From Entomortierella parvispora E1425 (taxonomy: Eukaryota; Fungi; Mortierellomycota), in NCBI GenBank assembly GCA_020891255.1, contig BQFW01000004.1, positions 1,860,001-1,924,000 of the forward strand: a stretch of 64,000 nucleotides of DNA, read 5' to 3'. How positions within the stretch are numbered: position 1 is the stretch's first letter; each line of letters starts with the position of its first letter. Of the stretch, positions 47,557 through 60,550 are shown piece after piece. The notes beneath the pieces are model-generated. The model was given only the letters and a program-made list of their open reading frames with translations. It was not told the DNA's origin and searched no databases. Both the position numbers and the translations under genes were made by a program.

Positions 47557-50500
47557 GGACGATGCCTTGCCCAAAGTGGGTGTGCGCTTGCTTTGAGATC
47601 GGACAAACATCGGGGCAAGATTGATAAGGAAGAGATGCGATGGGAGTTGACAGGACTGAAAAAGTAGAGGAAAAAAAAATGGAATTCTTGAAAAGGGCGA
47701 GAGGACAAAGAGAAGCGCACTGCCACGTTACAAATTATCGTGGCGCATGGACAAACAGCCAACATTGTCAGAGTCACATTTTTTCTTTCTCTCTTCCCCT
47801 CAGCCACGCTGACTTTCAAGCAACATCGGCGTGTTGATTTCGACTCCTGTCGTCTTTTGTACTTGTTGGTGCCCAGGTACCATTGCTAAAAGTCAAGCCG
47901 ACCTTTGGAAAAAAAATGAAAAATAAAAAGTTTGAACAGGAACGCGGTGATCCAACGGACGCGTACGAGCGGGTAAAAGGAAGGACCAAGCTTGTGGAGT
48001 TTGAAACCTTGATCCATCTCCCTCAGAGGGCGGAAGGCGGACCACAAGCGTCAGGTCCCTGTTTTCGCTTACTCATTGCTTTATGAGCAGCTTGATGCTG
48101 ACATCAGCAGAACTCCACCATCAGCCGCCCTCACCATACCAGATCACATTTCAGTCCTTCAGTGTTTGAGCAAACTGTTTGTTGTCAAATGTCTCCTCGT
48201 CTGGTAATCCAAGAGTAGAGGGTGGTCCATCCCTAGCACTATGGTCCCGTATACCAATCCTCACGCCGACCGCGCCTCGCAGCCTTTGCACTGGAACCCA
48301 TATTCGTTCCAATATCCCCAATCTCCAGATTTCAATCAACATGGAAATAATGGGCAACCTCAGGGACGGTTTGGTCCAAGACCTGGCGCCCAAGACGGAA
48401 GAATCAATGCCATAAGGATATGGACTTGGTAGATCATTCTCGGTGTTCGTGTAGATCCAGAAGTCTACCCTGCTGCAACCTTGGCTCTCTGAGAAGAAGG
48501 AACACTGTGATTGGATGTCTGGAAGTGTGAAAAAAACTGAGCTGTAACAAATGAACAGGCAATTGACGCGAAATGTTACATTCAAAACAAAAAAAAAAAA
48601 AAAAAAAAAAAAAGTCAGCGATATACACACTGAACGATCTTCACTTCCCTTCGTAGTCAGAGGCAATGAAAGCGAACGCGTGCACTATCTTGTCGTCGTC
48701 ATCAACCCCGTGACCTACAGCGGTCTATATGCTTGGACTTTTTTTTTTAAAAATGAAATGGTTCATCTTTAAAAAATATTGATTGACTAGAACATTTTGT
48801 GCAACCATGGCACCAGCAACGAAAAAAGCCATCGTTTGCGCAACCCCCCGTCCACCTCGGCCAGACCAGTCACTTAGTGGAGGGTGTGGTATAAATACCA
48901 GACCTCTCCCCCTCTTTTTTTTTTCTCCTCAGTCGTCGACGCTCCCGAGGATGGAAAGGATGCAATCTTTTTACCGCCTCAGTGGGTCCTTCACCATTAC
49001 TCGCAATTTTCGTGACGCGGGGGCTTCTACTCTTGTCACTCTGTCTGCGGTACTCGATCTTCATGAAGTTGGGTATCGTGGAAAACGTCATTAGCCCTTG
49101 TAGGTCGCACCCTTGACTTATCATGATTTTGCTTATCAGTCGCATTGCGCGGCGGGTAGTGAGTGTTGGGCATGCTGGGGAATAAAGGAAAAAGACATGT
49201 TGACGGGTGGATGTGAGTAGCCGAAAGGCGCATCCATTACCCTGCGAGGAGTACTCATGAGCTCCTAGGGAACTTTAAAGTTGCGCACGCCTGCGGGTAG
49301 CAGCTTGTAAACACCAAAAAAAACCCGTTTTTTCTTTCTCTTTTTCGAACGTGGTAGCGGAAAAGGACTTTGAAGACCTTTGGATTCCTCATTCCTTTTT
49401 TTCGTGGCCATTTTCTCAATGTGTGTGTGCAAGGACCCAAGTGTTTATTTTCAAACGGTAGAAATAGTCATCAAATATCACAAAATAAAATATCCGCTCT
49501 CTGAACTTTGAGTCGGGTCCAGGAAGAAGTACAGACATGTCTGGATCATAAATATCAGGTGTGGTTATTGTGGGGGGTTGGTAGAGAAGGAAGGAAGAGG
49601 GAACGTCGAAAGCAAGGTGGTCGCGTGTCCGAGTTGATGTGTGATGCCACGCATTCATTTCTGGTAATGTCGATGGTGGAGAGCTGGCTGCTGGCCAGCC
49701 GACATTGTGCTGATTGACTGGATGGATGCAAATAAGAAGGAGAGGATGGATAAGGAATGGAGGAGGTATTGCATGAGAATCATGAGGGCCATTGAGCATG
49801 CAAAGGTGAACACTTTAAAGTTCTCAACCCAACGTCTTGGTGGCGTTCCGCGTGTCCGACAGTGCACCGTGCACCAGTGGGGCTGAGGCTCGCATGCAGT
49901 ACTTGGACGAATTGTAGACAATTAATAATCCATCTTCATCCATCTTCATTCTTCTTTATCCTTCATCACCCATCTTCCCAACAGGAAACATCAAGACTAT
50001 TCTCATCGCTCGAAGCAACCTTGCCTAGAAGAATCACCCATGGGCCGACCGCGACCCATCAACCCCAATGCAACACAAAGTCCGCTCGCCCTTCATTTAT
50101 CAACACTGGGGCCAACATTCTGAGCGTTCACCCGGATGACGCTGGATTCCCCAGTCAAACCACACCCACCCGCATCTTCAACTCATAAACCGCTATGCTA
50201 CTGGCGACATCCACTGACCTCTTGGAAACAGCCTGTCTGTCTTTAGTACCAGGCACCAAGCCAGTTTTACGAAGCCGATCCTTGATGTGAATCAGAGCAA
50301 GGGACTCATGGACGCGATAAATGGGTGCTCACATTCGGGATCGACTTGGAAGGAGACGATGGATGGGCAAAAAGGCTTAAATCGCAAGCATCTCGTCCCC
50401 AGAGTCTGTCATTGATCGGTTGGAAAGCAGTTGGCCACGACTGCAGTGGGATCTCTGAATACCATTCAGCGACGCTCTGGGCATCCCTCGGCGTCCTCAC

Positions 50501-51727
50501 TCCATGCCTAGCTATTGCTGATCATGAAGAGGCTAGAACTGAGGCGACTCTCGGTGATTAGGCATCGAGCTGGCTACTCATCTGGCCGAGATCTTTGAGA
50601 AGGCTGAAAGGAGTGAGCGCAGGATTGTCTTGTCAGAAAACAGACATACCTTTGGCTTCAGAACGTGGGGACTCTTCGCTTCAAGGATTCCAGCACCATC
50701 ATGATGCTCTGGCCAGCATTGACGGATCTGGATCTTGGCAGCTGATCAGGTTTACGGAGCTCCCTCACGAAATCTCTGGGACACCCACATGGTTCAGGTT
50801 CTCGACTCTGGCTATGCTTGAGCTGTGTGATCCTGCAGCTGTTCATGCACAGCGAACCAATTACGACGGTCCGACAATTTCTTGTCTTCGAGCTTGGTGC
50901 TAACTATATCCTGATGGAAGATGTCAATCATTTGGTCCGAGTTATGTTCGTTCAAGGAGTAGGTCTTAACACCGTGGAGCATGGAAATGACAGCTCTGGG
51001 GAGTGGTCCACTGATATTGGAGAAAAACCGTAACAATAAAACAAGTGGAATTGGACTGCGAAAACGAGATTCTTGCTTAACAATGCCAGAGAGATGACCT
51101 GAACCTTATCAGAGGGACCCATCCCTCTGTCTTAACACTCCTCTGTTCCGAAAAGAGGGCTGACTCCTCCAATGTGCACCACAGTGAGAAGTTATCTGGA
51201 CAGACCAGTGTAGTTCCGAGGACAATGACCACATGGTCTGTAATGGGCAAAAGTCGGCGGTTGATCCCTTCTTCCAACCAGGCGAAAGTCTCGTTTAGAG
51301 AGTGGTGGGGCAGACCGCTTTGGCCCGATCATCATGACCGTTTTGCCACATTCTTCTTGTGTTCCTATTAGTCCTACACAGACTATTATATCAAAGGGTA
51401 ATCTTGATCGATTGAACATGTTGTTGAATCTGGTAAAGACAAATAAGTCTGAGTGGGCAGCGGTCGATAGATCAAGTGTATTTTTCCAATCTCTGATATT
51501 GAGCGCGTTTTGAGGAAGAAAAGAAAAAGGTAGCTTTTTTGGTTTTATTATTACGGGGAGGGAGGGAGGGAGGAAGAAGAACAGGTAGAGGTCTTCCTGA
51601 TAGGGGTGGCGATAAGTTTTTTTACAGTCCATTAAAGAGAAACGGAAAAAAAGACGAGAATTACAGAAAGAAGGAATAAAAAAAACAAGAGTTACAAAAA
51701 GGATGGGGTTCTTTCATCTTTTTTGTT

Positions 51728-54700
51728 CTAAGCAGTCAAGGCCATGGACAAATGACCTGCATAATAAATCAGGAGCAAGAACACGATCGCGACCTTGATC
51801 TGCGACGATCTCAACTCTCTGAATCCACGTTCCACGGCCTGCAAGGAAGCCATCACAATCTCGTCCTGTTGCTCCTTTTGTTGCTGTTGTTCACGAGACA
51901 TTGAGGCGAACGAGCCGCGTCGCTGCTGCTTCGAGGACGAGGAGCTGCTGGGCCATGCGCCAATTCCGGCGAGGACCAACACCAATTCCTTCTCGTCATC
52001 GGACAAATCCGAAAAGTCATCGTTGGCCTCCACAAATTCACCCTCGTCGCTGGAAGAGTCCTCGCCAAGGGCCATAGCGGCAATGGCGGATTGCTCGACC
52101 ACAACATGTTGATGCTGGTGCTGGTAATCAGCCGAGGACGAGGTCACCACCTGAACAGCGTGTTCCTTGGCCAGCGTGGGGCCATGGCTGCCACTTCCCG
52201 AGCGAGAAAGTTGCTGAGTTTGCTGATGAAGCCTCATCAAGTCCTCGAGGGGACTGTTCGAGGACAAGGTCACGCTGGGACTCTCCGTGGGCGACATGGA
52301 AGACTTGTCCACAGTGTCCAACGAGAACGTGACGCGCACCTCGCGTCTTCGTCCTTGAACAGGCAGAGAGGAGGTTAGAGACGAGACGGATGCGCTGTGC
52401 TTCAAGCTGCTGACGGGTGGCGTGATCGTGGTCAAAGATGAGGTCATGCTGGGAGGAAGGGCAGAAACCGCAGTCAACGAAGAAGTGCGAGGGCCAAAGG
52501 CTGGCGTGGCCGTAGGAACAGGAGAGTTGGCGGGCGAAGCACTCGTGAGGATGGAGGTCGAAACCTGGTCCGATTCCTTTTCCTTCTTGATGGCTTCCTT
52601 CAGCAATGAGGACGTCCTCAAGGGAACAGTGGAGACAGAGACTACTTCCGATTTCTCTACAATAGCGGTCATAGCAGAGACAGGGCTTGAGACCTCGGAC
52701 AACACAGGGGTGGCAGGCTCGCTCTCCAACAGGACAGTAGAAATATTCTCCATCTGAGGGGCAGGAGACTCTTTCGCAGCAGTAGTAGCTGCGGCAGTGG
52801 CAGTGGCGGCGGGAGTAGTAGCCGAGGTGGACGCCACAGATGTTGAAATCACTGGTTGATGAGGAACATGGAAAGGACCCAAAGTTGGGCTGCACATAGG
52901 GGACTCATCTTCAACCGTCGCGGAAGTGGGTGTAGCAATAGCCGTAGGTGGTGTAGAAGAGACCAAGGAAGGTGCAGTAGAGGAACGTATGGTGCTGACC
53001 GGTGAAGAGGCAGCAGAGCCGAGAGGCTCCATGACCGAGACAGAGCTGTTCCTAGTATTAATTGGCACTGGAGGAGCATCTGCGCCGGCCATATAAGGCG
53101 AGAGCGGGATCGAGTACCGGCTCAAAGAGCTGGATCGGTGAGGCAATGGAGGTGGAGGAGCTCCTGCGGGCAAGGTCACCAAGGGTCGGGAGCTGCGACC
53201 GCGGGATGATCGACTTCTCTCTGATCCTAGGGACTCGGGACGGCCGTTGTGGGTTGAGTGACTTGCAGCAGAGGTACTGGTGGCAGCGACGGATCCTTGG
53301 GCGCCAAGAGTCAAATAGCTGGCGCTCAGAGTCGAATAGCTGGCGCTTCTTCGTTTCCGATTAGAGGGGGAGTTGAACTGTCTAGAGGACTCCAGTTCGC
53401 TCTCCTTGGGGTCACTGCCGTCCTTGAATCGCATCTCATCAACTTCGGTCCTACCGATAGATGTTTTCTCAGTCTTTGGTTGAACAACTTCGACCTTGAC
53501 ACTCTTGGCATCCTTAACATCCTTAGAGTCAGAGAACTCAGGAGACGTCGCGGCACTGACAGCGGCAGCAGCAGCTTCCATCAGATGATGACCCTTTCTC
53601 GAGACCTGAGCAACAATGCTCTGGCCTTCATGATCCAAAGTCGTCCACACACGGACGCCTCCGAAATCAGGTGCCAATTCGACCTTGACCGATGGATCGT
53701 CGGGCTTGATAAAGAAATCGTATCCATCCTTGTACACCTTGCGACCGACCCTGACCTCTGTCCAACCGGGCGCAGCCTTGTAGCAAAGCTCGTAGAATCC
53801 GTTCCGGGGATCGAACGTATCCAAGAGACGGGTGCCCGAGATGTGAGAGGCAAAGGGTGGGTATCCGGACTTGTTGATAAACTGGTTCAGCCTGGAGACA
53901 GCCATGATCATGCTGGATGTCATGGTCTTGACCACGGACGAAGGGAGCGTTCCGCGGATATCGATCTGGATCACAAAGGTCACATTCACGGAGACTGTGT
54001 TGCCTTGGCCATCAAAGGTAGGGCGCAAGGACCAGCCAGAGAGCTCCAGCAAGGCGCGAATGCGGCCGGGGTCCTCTGGGATGGTGGGATCCAAGACTGA
54101 AGTCGAGACGTTATAGAGTGCCGAGGTCTGAGGGTCGCGGTCGATGATTGTTACTCCTGCCAAGTCGCGTCCACTGGATGAAAGAAATAAAAAAATATGA
54201 GTCAATCAATCATTACTCCAAATCCATTCATTCTTCTCATTATCAAGAATAAAGACTTACGTGAGAGAACCAACACCTTTGAGGGTGATGTGGAACAGGT
54301 ACTCGTTGTGGTTGAATGTCTCTGCAATCGACAAGTTATCGAACCGTTCATCCCAAATCTGTCTGCACCCTGCAGATTCGATCACAGCGTTAATCTGCTC
54401 CACCGTCCATCCACCAGTGATCGTGCCCTCGCTTCTCAGCATGGGCAATCCGGCGCCTGAAATCATACGAGAGTAGGCTTTGAACCCATTCTCGCTTGAA
54501 ATTGCCCTCCAACGATCTTCGGGACTAGCTGCTAGGACCTTGAACATGGCCAGGGCCTTGCGAGCTGTCTCTGAGTGGCGATGGGGCAGGACCATCAGGG
54601 GCGTAAAGGTCGTCGAGCGGTTTGAGTCCAGACTGGGTGCGGTCGAATGGCGCTTCATGGCGGCAGAGGTCGCTGTCATAGTGCCATTCGGTCCAGAAGG

Positions 54701-57700
54701 ACGGGTCAAAGACTGCAGAGAGACGTTGGGGTTGCCACGAATGGGGATCACATGGCCATGGCGAGGAGCAAACGTATTGGACATTTTCCGGTGCAAAAGC
54801 ATTCCGCTGTGGCGACGAGCTTCCATCATGGCCGAGGGGGCCTTCATGCCCAAAGCAGAGAAGGCGAGGGTGCCCTGCTTTGTTGGAGACGAAGGGCCCA
54901 CAGCGTCGGCCATCTCCTCGATCGAGGACGATTCCTTTCCAGTCGACTTGCTCGTCACGGAACTGCTGTTGCTAATTGTAAGCTTGAAGGGTTTCTGAGG
55001 CGTGGCAGCCGTATCCGAGTCCGAGGTCGTATCCTTGCCGTCGATCGAGGCGGTGGGCGTGAGGGGTGGTGTTACAAGTGTCGTGACAGGAAGCGACAGG
55101 TCTTTGCTAGGTTCTGGGACGGAGGCGAGAGCATGGTGTTGGCTGCCAGCAGCTTGTTTGTTGTTGCTCACCACTCTGGCCTCGGACTTTGGCTGGACAA
55201 CCGGGATCGAAACGCGCTTCTCGGATTGTGGGGATCGGTTGGGGAATTCAGACCCGGCAGCACGAGAGCTAATGACAGGCCGCGCCCGTTCAGACGGATG
55301 ATGGGCCGGTGCATATTGTTGCCGTGTTGATGATGCGAATGTTGTGCGGGAATCCAATGTCGTCGTGGAGGCAGCAGGTGTATGAGCGGAGGAAGTGGAT
55401 GAGAGCGCCTTGGACGCCACCGTCTCTTCTTTACTCTGCTTGCTTTCAAAGATGCCACCCTTGCCAAACAAGGGCGAATCCCCAAAGAGTGCAGCGTCGC
55501 TCATGAACGAATTGCTCTCCAAGAACTCTTGGCTGAACAGTGACTTTGAGGACAGGAGCGAGTCCCGAGGAAGCGTCGAGGCAAAAGTCGTCGTACTTTG
55601 CTGAGCCTTTGTTGGTGCAGCGCGTCGATGAATGACTGGACTCCGCTCATCATCCTCGGTCGAGTCCACGGTGGGGTCGTAACGGTGCAGACTCTGATTG
55701 GACTGAAGGGGGGCCATCGGTGAGAAGAAGGCCAATCCAGAGGACAGGTCCTCCTCATCAGAAGAGTCTGGTGGTAACATCTGCCGATCCACTTTGAGGG
55801 GCTCGCTCAGACTACGACGATGACGGTTTGCCGCCGCAGACACGGGGCCAGAGCCTCCCAACGATGACGACACGCCGTTTTTCCGCAAGTACGTTTCAAC
55901 AGTAGTAATGACCAGAGCGCGCTTGGCCAGCGAACGCTTGGCAATGAACCGCGGCAGTCGGCTCAGGAGATCTGTCTGAATGACATAGGTGATCTTGGTG
56001 ATGGGCGGATTCGAGGGCAGGGGCTGGATGATCCAGCCTGCCACAAAGATGTCTGCCCTGACTTTACCCGATATTCTCGGAATCTTGTTGGACTCAACAG
56101 AACAGGCCGCACAATAGATCGTTCCATCCCTTTCGACCTCGACTTTTTCGACCATGGCAACATCGCGCGTCCTAAGGAGAGGAGGGTTAGGGAGAGAGTA
56201 AAAGGAGGGAAAGGGTAAGAATTTAGAAGGGTAGTAGTGAACATTAGCCTGAAAGAAACGCAAGAGCGGGAAGAGGTTGAAAAAGCAGTAATAAAAAAGA
56301 GGGATCATAATCACTTCTTTGGAGAGGGGGAGGATGCAAGAGAACAATTCAGGATAGCAAGACGGGAATCTTGGAAAGGAGAAAAAAAAACGACAATGCA
56401 AAAAGAAGAGGGAAGGGAGGATATGTCGGACGCGACTATGGACGGGAGGCCGCGCATTCTTTTCAAGGATAGGGAATGGAAAGGGAGGGTCCAGTCAACT
56501 TACTTGGAGGATAGGGTGCCCTTCATGACCATGTAGAGGAGCGAGGTCGCATCGTCGTACTTTTCCACACAGCTGAGCTCATCATACCAATCGCTAATAC
56601 ACAAACAAAATTTTGGTTAATATCAATCGGCGCACGTCCTTCTGTCGGTTGCTAAGATGCCTTGTCTGTTTTTGCCCTTGGAGGTTGATGAACGCTGTGA
56701 ATAAAATAAATCTCAACGCCAAAGACGCAGCTTCTGTAACAGCAGGGTTCAGGGTCGATCCTTCTTGTTTCTCTTGGTTCCATCTTCTGCCTGCCCCTTT
56801 TTTTCTGTCTTTCTCTCTTTCTCTCTCTCTCTCCCTCTCTTGCTCCTCTCGTTCGCTCACTGCCGATCCGTGCACCAACCAGAACCTTGGAATCACCGCG
56901 AGAAAGAGGGACAAGGAGAGGAAGGGGGGGCAAAGAAGAGTGAGAGCGCGGGAGAAGGAGAGAGGGATGAGGGAGAGGGCGCGCTGGGGTAGAATCTCCT
57001 AGTTGTCGCGTCTCTCCCCGATAACCAAAAATTCGGGTCCACATGGACCAGGCGGCTCTCAAAGAATCGAATCCGCATCCCCTCTGGGAAGGAACCCACC
57101 CCTCCCTTCTGATTTCCTTTTGAATTTCCAGGAGAGGGAGCAAACCGATTGTGCAGGTCCACTCTCCACTTTCGACAAAAAGGGAGAGAAAAGGACAAAC
57201 CCCAATTGATTGACATGTCGTCCTTGACCACAATAGCGCAAAAAGCCAAAGATCCAAACAAAAAAAGAGATAAAAGTAAACCTCCCAATTATACCCATCC
57301 CCACTGCAGCCACTGTCCTCCCGATTTTCATAAGCAAAAGGCTCCCAGCCTTTAAACAGGAGTTGAGGGGCATTCCGTTGCACTTACTCCCAGAGTTTCC
57401 GGACACTGACGATCGAGTACACATCCTGGGCCCGAAATCCGTGAATGACGTGTTCTCCCTTGAAGGCCGGGTATTTGCTGTCGTCGTGCTGAGGGTTCAA
57501 GACTGCGGTGGTCGATTGATAGACCATGCAGCCCGATTTGTGCTTGTCGACCCTTTTCCAGCCAGTGGACCTGGATACGGTCTTGAGCAGCTCAATGGCC
57601 TGGGTACCCTGCTCGAGGTGATATTCCTTGGTGCGCTTTTGTGGATCAGGCGTGTAAAACTGTGACCGAAGGTGTTCCATCCGCAGGTGATGGTTGTCTG

Positions 57701-58028
57701 ATTCATCACCGCTCTGCGGATAGTCAAACGCGGAGGAGGGGAGTGCTGTCGCTGTTGCTGTTGCTGTTGCTGCTGCTGTTGCTGCTGCAGGCGTGGTGGC
57801 TGTGGTCGTCGTTGCTTTTACAGGACGAGGTGGATGTTGTTGCTGTTGTTGTTGTTGTTGTTGTTGTTGCTGTTGTGGAGGATGTTGGGTATGGCCACTG
57901 CTACTGCTGGGAGGATGGTGTAGATGTTGGGTCGTTAAAAGGGTGGGGACGGGAAGGGGAGGTGGACTCTGGAGGTGAAGTTGACTCCCGTTGGCGGTCT
58001 TCTTGTGATGCTGCTCCACCCACTGCAT
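51728..58028 (-). CDS. Tandem START-domain lipid-transfer protein with C-terminal TM helix; exons 58028-57388, 56593-56504, 56171-54261, 54173-51728; about 1695 aa
   Basis: START1: GWKRV, FKGEHVI, RKLWDDWY, TRDVAMVE, ADIFVAGWIIQP, ITYVIQTDL. START2: LPMLRSEG, CRQIWDERF, GRDLAGV, LSGWSLRP, VTFVIQIDIRGTLP. Terminal IKVAIVFLLLIYYAG. Exons total 5088 nt in frame. Probable 5'-UTR intron with donor at 58560. Confidence 0.85.
57745..57885 (-). repeat. CAA/CAG and GCA/ACA trinucleotide runs encoding poly-Gln and Ala/Thr tracts
   Basis: (TGT/TGC)n runs on the + strand within exon 1 of the START gene. Confidence 0.9.
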
Positions 58029-60550
58029 GTCGTCGCCGAGGAGGTCGGGGCTGGGGCCAGGCGGGGCACCTCCGCCGGCGATGCCCTGCAACCCCTTTGT
58101 CTTTTTCTTTTTTAGAGAGAAAATGGTGACGGGTGTCGCTGTGGAATGGGGGCAAGGGAGTAGATCGAGAGCTCTGCTGGAAGAATCAAGAGCTGCTCGG
58201 CCCTTGAAAAAATAGAGGTGAAAAGAGGAAAGAGAGGAAGAAAGGGTCGAGAGTGAGGTAGAATAGTCGTCGGAGGAATGTATCCCGATAGAGAGCAAGA
58301 AGGTGCGGACTGTGGGCGAGAGCACCAAAAGAATTAAAGAGGTGAGGGAGCGAGAGAAAGAGATGAAGTGAGAGCCAAAAAAAATCATCAGTAAAAAAAA
58401 AAAAAAAAAAAAAAAAAGAGTAAAAACGAAAGAGAAAAGAGAGGAGAAAGAAAGAGCAGGGGATGCGAGTCAGTCAAAGCAAGGAAAGCAAAGCGGGGGG
58501 GCAAAAAGTGCCTGCAGGAACATATTCAAGAGGCAGCGCGGGGATAGACACGATACTTACGCGAATCAATTGGCGGTAGTTACAAAGTCCAGGGTGCAGG
58601 CGCAGAGAACGGGGGCCGAGAGTGAGGGAGTAGAAGAAAAAGAGAAAAGGGCCGTAACTGCCTCGGGTTTGAGCAGGGAAAAAAAATAAGAGGGCAAAGG
58701 AGTCAAGGAGAACAACGGCTAGCAGCGCCACAGGGTCGAAAGTTGTGTCAAGACGAACGAATGGTGACACGTTTACTGATGCTGGAGCAAGTGGATCAGG
58801 AGAATCGGTTTTGACCAATGTCTGCAGTGCATTGTTTCCCGAGTGGACAGAAAACTAGGAAAGGACGGGGGACAGGGAGAGGGCTGGCTTGGTTATTGCG
58901 CCGGGGGCCGTTCAATTGTAATGCCTGCTATCTGTTCTCTCCGTGTTTTTCTCTCTCTGTCTGTCTCTCTATCTGTCTCTCTGTCTCTCTGTTTCTTTCC
59001 TCTCGTTCGCGTGGTGATAATTAAACGAACCGAGAAACCGGAGGAGCGGGCAAGAAGAGGAGGAGCTAACGAGATGCCGCGACCAAGGAGATGAGGGGAG
59101 AAGGTCGAAAGAGTGAATGCGGAATGGGGGGAGAGGGCGTTGAAGAGATGCAAGGGTCGTTACAAAATAAAAGTGGGAGGGGGATAACAAAAACAGGGAA
59201 AATATATAAAAGTGAGGAAACAGAGCGTGACGAAGAGACAAAAACGAAAGAGGGATGAAGAAGAAGAGGAAGGGACGAAGGGGAGGAGGACCGTGGGTCT
59301 GTTCGTGAGAGGAAAGACAAAAGAAAAAATGAAAAAGAGACAAAACACGGCACCCCTATCTCCAGGTTGGGTTTCGCTCCACTTCATCTTGTCCAGGTTG
59401 GACCTGGGCGTGGCCTTGCACGTTTGCTCACTGACAAGTGGTAATTAGAACAGGAGCAATTCCTTTTTGCTTGGGCGGCCATCGTCCACCATGCATGCTC
59501 TATCGCGCCAACACCGATTCATGGACAGATGGACCATCTATCCCTTCCTGTCCCTTCCTGTCCCTTCCTGTCCATCAGGGACATGGCCTGCCGACATTTG
59601 TTTGTGTGGTCGCCATTCTCTACCCTCCCGCCATTTGATAGAAACCACTCAAGGAGCGCGCGTCGACTCGTCTTGTAAAAAAAAAAAAAAAAAAAAAATC
59701 CTCATCGCCAAATCTCTGTTGTCTGCCCATCAGCAAAGTACCGCACGCACTAGACTTTCTGTGTTTTGCTGTTATTTTGAGCTGCATTGTAACATCGCTT
59801 AACTCTTGAGCTCACTTCAGAAATGGTCCTTTGCTCCGATGGGACTTGTGGTTCGTGTGACAACTTCTTTACTCTCCCCCCCTCTCTCTCTATTTCTCTC
59901 TTCCTCCACCTGGCTGTTAGACCAATGCCAGACAATGGTCGCTGTCTTGGGGGGGTGGGGGGAGATGCGTGCTATCATCAAACAACACACACGCACAAAA
60001 TAACCAAAACATTCAAATGAGCACTTTTGCACAAGAGCACAAAGAAAAAAAAGCATTAACGGTCGCCCCCTAGCCGTCCGATACCCTCATGCAACAGGCG
60101 TGAACTTTATTAGATTGAGAGGAGATGGGAGCAGGACGAGGCAAGGGCTTCTTTGATTCCCTCCATTCCCTGCCGCGCGTGGAATCTGTCCCTTCCCTCC
60201 CCTAATTCAGAGTCAGTCAAAGCAGGTTTGCTTTAGCTGTGTATTCTATGGCGCTTTGTGACAATTGAGGCAGAGCTCCTTCGTGGTTGTAACCTTGCAG
60301 CATGGTTTTTTTTAAGTCCCGATAATAGAAATGAACTACAGTAGATCTACCAATAGTCCACAACGACCATGGTACAGCACTCGGAGACTTTTAGTCATCC
60401 GCTTTGTTGTCGCGTTAGATCCGCGCGTCGCGGAAAGCAAATTAACCCCTGATATAACGATCATGAATGATACAGTCTATGTTCAGTTTTATTGCAAAGA
60501 TGGTGAATGGTAATAGTAATGGTAATAGTAATGAAATTCTTGGGCTCCCC

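Noticed and set aside
51469-51480. AGATCAAGTGTA matches U2 snRNA
   Set aside because: Only 12 nt match; the branch-pairing GTAGTA and stem I are absent.
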